64,000 nt of DNA from a virus. The stretch spans positions 1 to 64,000 of the IMG/VR virus record IMGVR_UViG_3300031857_000054. One strand, 5' to 3'. Shown piece by piece: positions 35,588 to 43,979 of the stretch. Position 1 is the first letter of the stretch; each line of letters opens with the position of its first letter. The notes beneath the pieces were generated by a model. That model saw nothing but the letters and a program-made list of their open reading frames with translations. It was not told the DNA's origin and ran no database searches. The translations under genes and the position numbers were made by a program.

Positions 35588-35902
35588 CTAGAACGGCAGC
35601 TCGTCGACCTCTTCTTCTCTTGCCTCGAATGGACTTGCTGCTTCTACTATCATTGGCTCGTCCTTCATCCACCCACCATCTATCCAAGTATAGTAGTAGG
35701 TAGTGTAATCCATACAGTACTCAGGCATGTGTTGGTTCTCGTCTGGATGATATACAGCATACTCTCTCCATGTCCCAACTCGCACGATGCCTCCGTGTCC
35801 TTCCACCTGAACTTCCATCCCACTGACATCAAGACCCATCTCGTTCCACGAAGTTGCCATCTCTTCCGCGACAGCAACTAACTTTTTAAATTTATCTATC
35901 AT
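35588..35902 (-). CDS. Highly acidic early protein ending VDELPF
   Basis: First cassette of the array. Confidence 0.7.
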   Translation of the reverse strand: MIDKFKKLVAVAEEMATSWNEMGLDVSGMEVQVEGHGGIVRVGTWREYAVYHPDENQHMPEYCMDYTTYYYTWIDGGWMKDEPMIVEAASPFEAREEEVDELPF

Positions 35903-36082
35903 AGCAGGATAGAACAGAATAAACTCCTCTGAAATGACGGGGGGTACCCCGACACTCTATCGGAAGATGGGGGGATCTAATCTAACATCCCCCACCCTCG
36001 TATAGACATCCTAAAATTGTGGGGGTTGAAAATTTTGGGGGTGATTTGGCTGTTGAGGTGCTTGGGACCGAAATAGGTAAGA

Positions 36083-36700
36083 TTAGTTACCAGGAACTAC
36101 ATCGTAGTAGTAGCTATCGGTATCTTCTGATACCCATCTGTCTGATTGGTTCTCTACACTTGGGTGTTCTGTGTCTACTTTTATAGCAGTAGGACTTACA
36201 GGGAAGGGTTTAGTTACCCAGTTAGAATCTTTCCAGAATATGCGGTTATTGGGCATGCATAGTAGGTATCCCTCATCTGCTACTAGTATATGCCCTGCCT
36301 TATAGTCGGAAGGCTCATCACTGTATGGGTTATTGTACCAGTCTACTGTGAACAGGTAATTGGCCCAAATCAAACTTTTGTCTTTAAGGATTACCTGGCA
36401 TCTATGCTCGCTTAGGAAATCATAATGAACTATGCTTACGTTTTCACTAAAGCAGTCCCACAGTTGTTTGAAGTGATAGGGAATGTCATTTTCAGTTTCT
36501 TTTAAGTAGAGTTCACTTATAGGTACTCTAGATCTAAGCATTCCGTAGTCTGTAATAACGTGAAAGGTAAGGATTTTACCTGCTACACTCTGTATGGCAA
36601 AGGCATATACGTTGTCGTATTCTAAATCTTCAGAGTTTTTAGTAAAGTAAGAACGTTTGACTAGAGCCTTAAAGTGTGGGATGTTGGAGTTTAGTTGCAT
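36083..36700 (-). CDS. Hypothetical protein
   Basis: Start MQLNSNIP at 36700, after TAACTTTG (36707-36714); QLWDCFS, YLFTVDW, PNNRI motifs. Confidence 0.75.
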   Translation of the reverse strand: MQLNSNIPHFKALVKRSYFTKNSEDLEYDNVYAFAIQSVAGKILTFHVITDYGMLRSRVPISELYLKETENDIPYHFKQLWDCFSENVSIVHYDFLSEHRCQVILKDKSLIWANYLFTVDWYNNPYSDEPSDYKAGHILVADEGYLLCMPNNRIFWKDSNWVTKPFPVSPTAIKVDTEHPSVENQSDRWVSEDTDSYYYDVVPGN

Positions 36701-36987
36701 TGTATACAAAGTTAGTAAATATTTATTTGGTGGATTTCTTTATAGGGTAGTTACGATGGAAGTAGAAGTGGTCTTATTTTATCGGTAAAATGCGGTTCCC
36801 TGCGGGGTTCCCTCTATCCTTAGGTGTGAATAACTTCTTCTTTCCTTTCTCTTGATTTTCTACTTACCTTTGGGGGACTACAGGGGGTTAGGGTGACATA
36901 CCAAGTAAACTGTAGTTAAATCCTTGGGTCCTACTAGTAGTTGAGTTTTCCTTATTAAGGGGTAGTGTGCCTTGTTGGTTTTACCTC

Positions 36988-37017
36988 TTGACTTTAATCT
37001 GTAAAGTGATATATTTG
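36988..37017 (+). promoter_or_regulatory. Host-type promoter for the fibre operon
   Basis: TTGACT at 36988 and TATATTTG at 37010. Confidence 0.65.
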
Positions 37018-37035
37018 TAGTAAGTATCTTTAACT

Positions 37036-37374
37036 ATGAGAGAAAGGCTTCACTTAATGGGTAATGGCTATGCTGGTGAGCTGGTTAGTCTTATAAAAAG
37101 TAAGAGAAGCGAGAATGTAATGATGAGTCCTTATGACTTTAATGTAATTAGAGCTAAGGTTCACTTACTGGATGGGGTTAGTTTGAGTGGAAAGGAATTG
37201 TACATTGAGTCGGTTGATGGGAACTATACAACGTATATTGGAATTAGTTCTACAATGCCGAATGGCAGTATGTACTTTAGCGATCCATACAGAACAGTAG
37301 CCTATCTGCTTTATGACGGCATAGACGAGAATGGATACTTAGTCACAGAAAATGACGAAAGGCTTTTGATATAA
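37036..37374 (+). CDS. Hypothetical (structural module) protein
   Basis: First gene of the plus-strand operon. Confidence 0.7.
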   Translation: MRERLHLMGNGYAGELVSLIKSKRSENVMMSPYDFNVIRAKVHLLDGVSLSGKELYIESVDGNYTTYIGISSTMPNGSMYFSDPYRTVAYLLYDGIDENGYLVTENDERLLI

Positions 37375-38675
37375 TGGCAACCAAAGAAACAAGAGTATCC
37401 CAATTACCTCAAGCAGGGTCTTTAGCAAGTACTGATAAAGTAGTTGTGTTGAAGGCTGGTATTACGTCAATTGCTGATGTGGGTACAGTTACCTCTGCTG
37501 CTTTCTTGGGAAAGACTACTGATGCATTGCCTGAAGGAGGAAATCTTTACTTTACAAACAGTAGAGTTAAAGCTAAGGTCTTCCAAATGATTCAAGCTGG
37601 TACTGGTGTTTCTTTTGCAATCAACGATACAGCCGAGACCATTACAATCAGTGCACTAGGAGATGTAAGAAGCGTCAATACCAAAACAGGATTTGTAAGT
37701 TTGAATACAGACGATATCCCTGAGGGCACTACTAATAAATACATTACCAATCCAAGAATTGATGCTAGAGTAGCAGACTTGTTAAAAGCAGGTGCCAATG
37801 TTACTCTGAACTATAACCCAGGATTGGGGACATTGACCATTAATAGTACGGGTAATGTAAGAAGTGTAAACACGTTAACAGGAGATGTTATACTCACTAC
37901 TGATACTATAACTCAGGGAGTTAGTAATTTCTATTATACAGAAACAAAGTTTGATGCTTCGTTAGCTACCAAAACAACAACCAATTTAGCTGAAGGCACT
38001 AACCAATACTTTACTCCAGCTAGAGTTCGCACTACTGTCCTTACGGGATTTAGCAGTGGAGCCGATGCTCAGGTAGAAGGAACTGATACTGTATTACAGG
38101 GTTTTGGTAAACTACAGACTCAAGTTAGTTCTGCTAAAAACACAACAAACGCACACATAGCAAATACGTCTAATCCTCACAACGTTACTAAGGCACAGGT
38201 AGGATTGGATAACGTACCTAACGTAAATGCTACTGTTGCTTCAAACATAACAAGTGGATTACTTCCAGATGCGAGACTATCGGCAAACGTAACCCAACAA
38301 GGAAATACGTTTAATGGAGTAAACCAATTAGTTAGATTAGACGGATCAGGAAAGCTTCCTGCAATTGATGGTTCTCAGTTGACAGGATTGATTTCTCAAA
38401 TCGCTAATCTTTCTGACGTTCAACTTACTAGTTTACAGATAGGACAAAGCTTATCTTATAACGGAACAAAGTGGGTCAACTCTGCTGTGACGGCAACTGT
38501 ACGACACGATTATCAAGGAGTGTATTCTTACGTAGGAAGAGCACCTCAGTTAAGTTCTGAAGGAGCAAACGTTTGGAAAATAACAAGAATTCAAGTCCTA
38601 ACAGATGGTAACGTACTAATCACCCAAGCATTGAGTGTGTCTTGGAGTGGCAGATTAACACATACATATTCATAA
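37374..38675 (+). CDS. Tail fibre protein
   Basis: Four TTDxLxEGxNxYFT repeats, VRSVNxxTGxV twice, NPHNVTKAQVGL, LSDV...YNGTKWVN. Confidence 0.82.
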   Translation: MATKETRVSQLPQAGSLASTDKVVVLKAGITSIADVGTVTSAAFLGKTTDALPEGGNLYFTNSRVKAKVFQMIQAGTGVSFAINDTAETITISALGDVRSVNTKTGFVSLNTDDIPEGTTNKYITNPRIDARVADLLKAGANVTLNYNPGLGTLTINSTGNVRSVNTLTGDVILTTDTITQGVSNFYYTETKFDASLATKTTTNLAEGTNQYFTPARVRTTVLTGFSSGADAQVEGTDTVLQGFGKLQTQVSSAKNTTNAHIANTSNPHNVTKAQVGLDNVPNVNATVASNITSGLLPDARLSANVTQQGNTFNGVNQLVRLDGSGKLPAIDGSQLTGLISQIANLSDVQLTSLQIGQSLSYNGTKWVNSAVTATVRHDYQGVYSYVGRAPQLSSEGANVWKITRIQVLTDGNVLITQALSVSWSGRLTHTYS

Positions 38676-38694
38676 ATTATAAAATTAGAAACTT

Positions 38695-38991
38695 ATGGCA
38701 ATCATATCAACCAAACCAACCATTGTAGACGGGGTAGAGTATCCTCTACTTCTAGTTAACTTAGCCATATCTCCACTTGTTCAAGAAGGAGGAATCATCG
38801 GAGCATCAGTTGCTATGCGTTTGACTCCTTACAGAGACTTGGGAGGAAACATCGAACAACTTCCTGACTACGCTAAGGCTGTTTCTTACTTTGATGTTTT
38901 TAAAGAAGCTGAGTCTGACCCTGAAATCGCATCTGCGGTAGGAAAGATCATGACAGGTCTTCAAGAGTTTATTACTGATAAAGGACTTTAA
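38695..38991 (+). CDS. Hypothetical protein, possible fibre chaperone
   Basis: 98 aa between fibre genes. Confidence 0.65.
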   Translation: MAIISTKPTIVDGVEYPLLLVNLAISPLVQEGGIIGASVAMRLTPYRDLGGNIEQLPDYAKAVSYFDVFKEAESDPEIASAVGKIMTGLQEFITDKGL

Positions 38992-40781
38992 TGGCACAAA
39001 GGGCTGCAATAGCATCTGGTAACTGGAGTAATCCAGCTATTTGGAACGGGGGAGTACTTCCTGAACCTGGAGATGTTGTTGCTTCTAACGGCTTTACAGT
39101 TACTATTGACCAGAATATTAACGTAGATTCAATTACAAATGCGGCAACTACGGTAGGAACCGAAGTTCCTTTAATGACTTCTAATACCGCACCTAGTGGT
39201 ATTGCTTCTAATAATGGTACAGGAGGTTTTGCAAGTTTTTCTGCTTATTTGTCTTTTGATCGTAGTTTTGGTCTTTGTTATTATCCAGGACCAGTTACAG
39301 GGGATTGGATTGCATACGAATTTGCTACTGCTAAAAAAATAGGAAGATTCGGTGTATCTTTTAATGGAGGTTCAAATACTGTTAGTTATAGCTTAGAAGC
39401 ATGGAATGGTTCTACTTGGATTGTTATTGGAACTCATACAGCAAATGGTAGTTTTACCAGTCCATATTTTGTAAATACAACTGCATATCTTAAGTATAGA
39501 ATAGTACTTTCTGGCACTAATACAGGAGCTCAAATAACTGAGTTTTATTTGTACGATGCCTTGTCTGTAGCTGCAACAGCAGGAGGAGGATTTATTGTAG
39601 ACGCAACTAGAACTTTAACTTTTACAAGTAGTGTCTATAGTATTTCAGCAGGAACGGTAACTTGTTTAACTTACTCTGGAAATTCAAGTACTACATTAAC
39701 TATAAGTGCAGGAGTTGGGGGTATCAGTAGTGTATCTGCTACGAATCGGGGCTGTATTGAGGTTACGGGAGGTGGGAATGTAAATATTACTGCTAATTTA
39801 AATTACTTGCAGGTTTGGGCAACAAATAATTCAAGACTAAGACTTGTAAGTGCAGGCACTGTAAATATAACAGGAGCTTTATTAGCAGGAGGACAGGGAG
39901 GATATGCTGTACATGTAGTAGGTAATAATATAACACTTAATGTAGTAGGTAATTTGTTTGGAGGAGGAGATAATGATGCCTATGCTATTTCAGCTTCTGG
40001 TTTAAATAATACTATTACTGTTGTAGGGAATCTTTATCCTAGTGGAGCTAACAGAGCAGGAGGAATTAATATGGCTAGTACAGGAACTTTAAATGTTACA
40101 GGTAATGTTTATGGAGGATATAATCCTGGACAACCTGGTTACGGCATCCTACTAGCAGCTGTTTGTACTTGTAATATTACAGGAAATATTACCTTAGAAG
40201 GTACACAAAGCGCTCCTGCTTTTTATTCTAACGTAGCTTCTTATGTAAATCATATTGGAGCTATAAGTTCCAGCGTAACAACTTCTACATCACAAATTTT
40301 TATATCACTTAATGCCTCAGCTATTAATATTTTAACAGGGCCTTTTATTTCTTCTCCTACAGGAGGTCAACCTCTTTATGTATCTCGTATGCACTACAGG
40401 AGAACAATGGGTTCTTATTTTGAGTTTAGAAATAACAGTACAAATGGAGCTTTACCTCCAGCTGCTCCTGCTCCTGCTACTAGATTGGTAAGTCCAGATA
40501 CAGTAGCAGACTCTCCTATTCCTGCAAATGTACGACAAGGAACAGTTTATTCATTAGGTTCTCAAACAGGCACAATGATAGTACCTTCTCCGTCTAACGT
40601 AGCCAACAATGTACCTGTAGACAACACAGTAGGAACAGCAGTCCTTGACCCTAACGCTATATGGGCTGTCCCACTAACTTCCATCAATACCTTAAATAGT
40701 ATAGGAAGAAGAGTTAAAAACGCTGCTACAGTAGAAACTACTGGAGCACAAATTCAAACCACATTAAATAATAACGAGTAA
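38991..40781 (+). CDS. Putative receptor-binding/spike protein (paralog 1)
   Basis: SGNWSNPAIW start, discoidin-like insert (PLMTSNTAPSG...DWIAYEF...YLKYR), repeated (I/V)TGN(L/V)YGG beta-helix units. Confidence 0.7.
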   Translation: MAQRAAIASGNWSNPAIWNGGVLPEPGDVVASNGFTVTIDQNINVDSITNAATTVGTEVPLMTSNTAPSGIASNNGTGGFASFSAYLSFDRSFGLCYYPGPVTGDWIAYEFATAKKIGRFGVSFNGGSNTVSYSLEAWNGSTWIVIGTHTANGSFTSPYFVNTTAYLKYRIVLSGTNTGAQITEFYLYDALSVAATAGGGFIVDATRTLTFTSSVYSISAGTVTCLTYSGNSSTTLTISAGVGGISSVSATNRGCIEVTGGGNVNITANLNYLQVWATNNSRLRLVSAGTVNITGALLAGGQGGYAVHVVGNNITLNVVGNLFGGGDNDAYAISASGLNNTITVVGNLYPSGANRAGGINMASTGTLNVTGNVYGGYNPGQPGYGILLAAVCTCNITGNITLEGTQSAPAFYSNVASYVNHIGAISSSVTTSTSQIFISLNASAINILTGPFISSPTGGQPLYVSRMHYRRTMGSYFEFRNNSTNGALPPAAPAPATRLVSPDTVADSPIPANVRQGTVYSLGSQTGTMIVPSPSNVANNVPVDNTVGTAVLDPNAIWAVPLTSINTLNSIGRRVKNAATVETTGAQIQTTLNNNE

Positions 40782-42547
40782 TGGCACTAAGAGCAGCAAT
40801 AGCATCTGGTAACTGGTCAAACCCAGCAACGTGGAATGGAGGAGTTCTTCCTGGCCCAGGAGATATAGTAGCGTCAAATAACTTCACAGTTACAATAGAT
40901 CAAAATATTAATGTTGATACTTTAACAAACACAGCACAAAGTCTAATTACAGCTGTTCCTTTAATGACTTCTAATACAACACCAAGTGGTATTGTCACAG
41001 GGTTAGGAGGAACAAGTGCTTACATTGCTTTTAATGGGTCAGTCTCACAAAACAGTTTTACCAATGCGAATCCAGGTGACTTTTTTGGATATGAATTTAC
41101 TTCACCAAAAGCAATTGACATGTTTACTTTTGTTTTGGGAGGAAGTATCACAACTAATATCTCTTTCCAAAGTTGGGATGGTTCTGCTTGGATTACTTTA
41201 TATACTGCTGTACTTGCAGGTGTAAACACATTTACCAGTCCTCTTATAGGCAATAGTGTTGCTTACATAAAATACAGGTTTTTAATAAATACCACTGCTA
41301 CTTTACAAATGAGGGAAACTTATTTGTATGAGTATTTATCAACTACTGCAGCAGTAGCTGGCGGTGGATTTATTTTAAATAGTGGAATCACAGTAACTAC
41401 TACAGGGGAAACAGGACTATCTGCTGGGTCTACTGACTTAATTACTTTTTCAAGTAGTGGCACGGCAACAATAAATTGTGGTACTGGAAATATACTAAGA
41501 CCGACATCTGCTTCAGCTATTTCTACAATAAAGGTAACAGGAGGAGGTACGTTAAGTATTACAGGAAATTTAGAACCAGGTTCAACGAATGGTACTAGCA
41601 GGATCCTACATATTACAACAACAGCAGGAGCAGTTGTTAACGTGACAGGAAGAGTATATGGTGGAAATTCAAACGGTATTTTAACAGACGTAAGTTGTAC
41701 ATTAAATGTCATTGGCAATGTACTTGGAACTAATACTAACGGACCAGTAGCAAGTATTTGGTTTGGTGCAGGAGGCACATTGAATGTTACAGGAAATATT
41801 TATGGAAGCGAAGGATTTAACAACAATGGTTACGGAATTTATTTTAATATAGGCAATCTTAATATTACTGGAAACGTATATGGTGGTGAAAACCAAGGAG
41901 TGAATGATTGGGGAATACAAATAGTAGGGATTGCAACTGTCTATATTACAGGTAATCTTTTTTCAGGAAACTCTCCTAGCACAAATAATTTTCCAGCAAT
42001 AAACTGTACTACCGCCTCTTACATAAATCAAGTAGGAGCTATCTATGCAGGAAGAAACTCTGTCGGTTTTGTCTCTTCAAGTAGTACTGCTATAAACCTA
42101 TTAACAGGACCTTTTGTATGTAATGAGTATGGATTCTTTCCTTACCAAGTTGTAAGAATGCATTTAATACCTAGTACAAGTTCTTATTTTGAATTTAGAG
42201 ACGAGACAACCAATGGTGCAATACAACCTGGCGCTATTGCACCTGCTACTCGTTTAGTATCTCCTGCAACTTTAGTAGATAACTTAGCAGTTTCTGATGT
42301 GCGGTTTGGTACTACCTACGCTTTAGGTACATTGACTGGGACTTTGAGAATGCCTAGTGCAAACCAAGTAACCTTTGGAATTCCTGTAGATAATACTTTT
42401 GGAAACGCAGTATTGACCGCTGCTTCTGTTTGGGATTATCTAGTATCAAACATTACAGTAGAGAACAGTATAGGAATGAGACTAAAGAACGTAGCTACTC
42501 CTCAAAGTGTTGGAGAACAGCTAGAAGCTTTTCTAAGATTAGATTAA
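40781..42547 (+). CDS. Putative receptor-binding/spike protein (paralog 2)
   Basis: Same architecture as 38991-40781. Confidence 0.7.
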   Translation: MALRAAIASGNWSNPATWNGGVLPGPGDIVASNNFTVTIDQNINVDTLTNTAQSLITAVPLMTSNTTPSGIVTGLGGTSAYIAFNGSVSQNSFTNANPGDFFGYEFTSPKAIDMFTFVLGGSITTNISFQSWDGSAWITLYTAVLAGVNTFTSPLIGNSVAYIKYRFLINTTATLQMRETYLYEYLSTTAAVAGGGFILNSGITVTTTGETGLSAGSTDLITFSSSGTATINCGTGNILRPTSASAISTIKVTGGGTLSITGNLEPGSTNGTSRILHITTTAGAVVNVTGRVYGGNSNGILTDVSCTLNVIGNVLGTNTNGPVASIWFGAGGTLNVTGNIYGSEGFNNNGYGIYFNIGNLNITGNVYGGENQGVNDWGIQIVGIATVYITGNLFSGNSPSTNNFPAINCTTASYINQVGAIYAGRNSVGFVSSSSTAINLLTGPFVCNEYGFFPYQVVRMHLIPSTSSYFEFRDETTNGAIQPGAIAPATRLVSPATLVDNLAVSDVRFGTTYALGTLTGTLRMPSANQVTFGIPVDNTFGNAVLTAASVWDYLVSNITVENSIGMRLKNVATPQSVGEQLEAFLRLD

Positions 42548-42570
42548 TTTAAAGTAAGTAGTAAAAGTAC

Positions 42571-42600
42571 TTGACTTATTTTTTCAATAGTTTATTTTTG
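42571..42600 (+). promoter_or_regulatory. Host-type promoter for the lysis/surface operon
   Basis: TTGACT at 42571 and TATTTTTG at 42593. Confidence 0.6.
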
Positions 42601-42622
42601 TTGTCAAACAAACTATTGACCT

Positions 42623-42877
42623 ATGAAATTTGTAAACTTTATTGGAGGACTTTTCAAAGACGAAAAGGGTAACGTCTCCATGAAACGTTTGTGCGGCTTA
42701 TTTTGCACATTGACTTTGTGCGCTACTTTGTACGCCAATTCTTTTACCGAAGCACACTTTGCTCCTTCTACTCCTTTGGTAGATGCTGTAGCTTTGTTGG
42801 CTTTTGGTTGTTTGGGTTTGACTTCTGTTGAGAAGATCATGAAAAAACCTGAATCTAACTCTACTTCAGCTGAATAA
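42623..42877 (+). CDS. Putative holin (2 TM)
   Basis: 84 aa, SMKRL followed by two TM helices, directly before the lysin. Confidence 0.6.
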   Translation: MKFVNFIGGLFKDEKGNVSMKRLCGLFCTLTLCATLYANSFTEAHFAPSTPLVDAVALLAFGCLGLTSVEKIMKKPESNSTSAE

Positions 42878-42885
42878 TTAATCTT

Positions 42886-43524
42886 ATGAACTATACAAGA
42901 GAACAAATTGAAGCCGCAGTAAAAGCCAAGGGCTATGCTTACTTTGATGGCACAAAAGACTACGATGTAAATATCATCGGAGTACGTAACTCTTCTACTG
43001 GTAACGATGTTACTAACTTGTTTGATGACACTATGACTGTTGCTTACAAAGTAGGAGGCAAATGGGTATTTCACCAATGGATGGCTACCACAGATCCAGG
43101 TACTAAAGGTGTTAGAGAATTTCACAATGCTGGTGGAGTAGCAAGACTAGTTCCAGGTCAGTACAGAGGTTCACACGGTATTGGTCTACACCAAGGTAAG
43201 TACGAAGCTTTGAAGCAAGCTAAACCAGTGAAGGTTTATCGTGATGCTAACAAAGACATGACTTACGATGAGAATACCATCACTGAGGGTATCTACGGTA
43301 TCAACATCCACAAAGCTGGTGCAGATTCTACTTTTGTAGAAAACTGGAGCGAAGGATGCCAAGTGTTTAAGCGTGAGAAAGATTTTAACCAATTTATGGA
43401 AATCTGTAAACAAGCTCGTGGCATTCATGGTAACTCTTTCACTTACACCTTGATTGAGTCTGGTGACTTTATTGTTGCTGACAAAGTAAAAGGCGAAGCT
43501 AAAAGAGCTGCTAAGAAAAAATAA
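42886..43524 (+). CDS. Putative endolysin, L,D-transpeptidase (YkuD)-like
   Basis: GINIHKAG...NWSEGCQ His/Cys motif; TTDPG; basic C-terminus. Confidence 0.65.
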   Translation: MNYTREQIEAAVKAKGYAYFDGTKDYDVNIIGVRNSSTGNDVTNLFDDTMTVAYKVGGKWVFHQWMATTDPGTKGVREFHNAGGVARLVPGQYRGSHGIGLHQGKYEALKQAKPVKVYRDANKDMTYDENTITEGIYGINIHKAGADSTFVENWSEGCQVFKREKDFNQFMEICKQARGIHGNSFTYTLIESGDFIVADKVKGEAKRAAKKK

Positions 43525-43979
43525 TGAAAAGACTACTCGTTAGTCTTTTAATATTCTTGACTATCTCCTGCAAAGCACAAACTATTGCTAAGGCAGGAGA
43601 TGGTTGGGATTTAAAGATTGACTCAGCCATACAACTTATAAAGACCATTGACCCTGAAAAGTACAAAGTCTTTACAGATGTATGTCAAAGAGTTGATTTT
43701 TGGAAAAGTTCTTTTTCTTCCACAGGTGTAGTCGAAGGAGACTATACCATACTAGTAGCAGACGCAGACATTAAGTTAAAGTCTATCAATAACTTAGCGG
43801 CTGTGTTAGTTCACGAAAGTATGCATTTAGTATTTGTTTTACAAGATGCAGTCATGAGTGAAAAGGAAGAAGAGTATAAGTGCTATTTGTATGAATTATC
43901 CTTTATTAAAAACATCCCAACCCCCGAGCCTTGGTTACTGGCAAACCTTTATGAAAAATTGCAAAAATATAAACCATGA
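43524..43979 (+). CDS. Exported HEXXH metalloprotease-like protein
   Basis: Signal peptide; LVHESMH...EEEYKCY. Confidence 0.7.
   Translation: MKRLLVSLLIFLTISCKAQTIAKAGDGWDLKIDSAIQLIKTIDPEKYKVFTDVCQRVDFWKSSFSSTGVVEGDYTILVADADIKLKSINNLAAVLVHESMHLVFVLQDAVMSEKEEEYKCYLYELSFIKNIPTPEPWLLANLYEKLQKYKP

Larger units (their letters stand above)
11055..35923 (-). repeat. Dispersed TTTWTTCTKTYCY motif (~20 copies, most after a hairpin)
   Basis: Plus-strand (R)GAAAAGAAWAAA-like copies at 11055, 17514, 21271, 29341, 30731, 30764, 31223, 31810, 32335, 32980, 33252, 33619, 34007, 34311, 34522, 34733, 34869, 35083, 35338, 35547, 35911. Confidence 0.85.

Noticed and set aside
29341-35923. CRISPR array or true integron
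   Set aside because: Repeats are short and degenerate, spacing is gene-sized and irregular, and there are no cas genes, integrase or attC-like sites.
38991-42547. Diversity-generating retroelement template/variable repeat
   Set aside because: No reverse transcriptase in the window, and differences between the paralogs are not adenine-specific.
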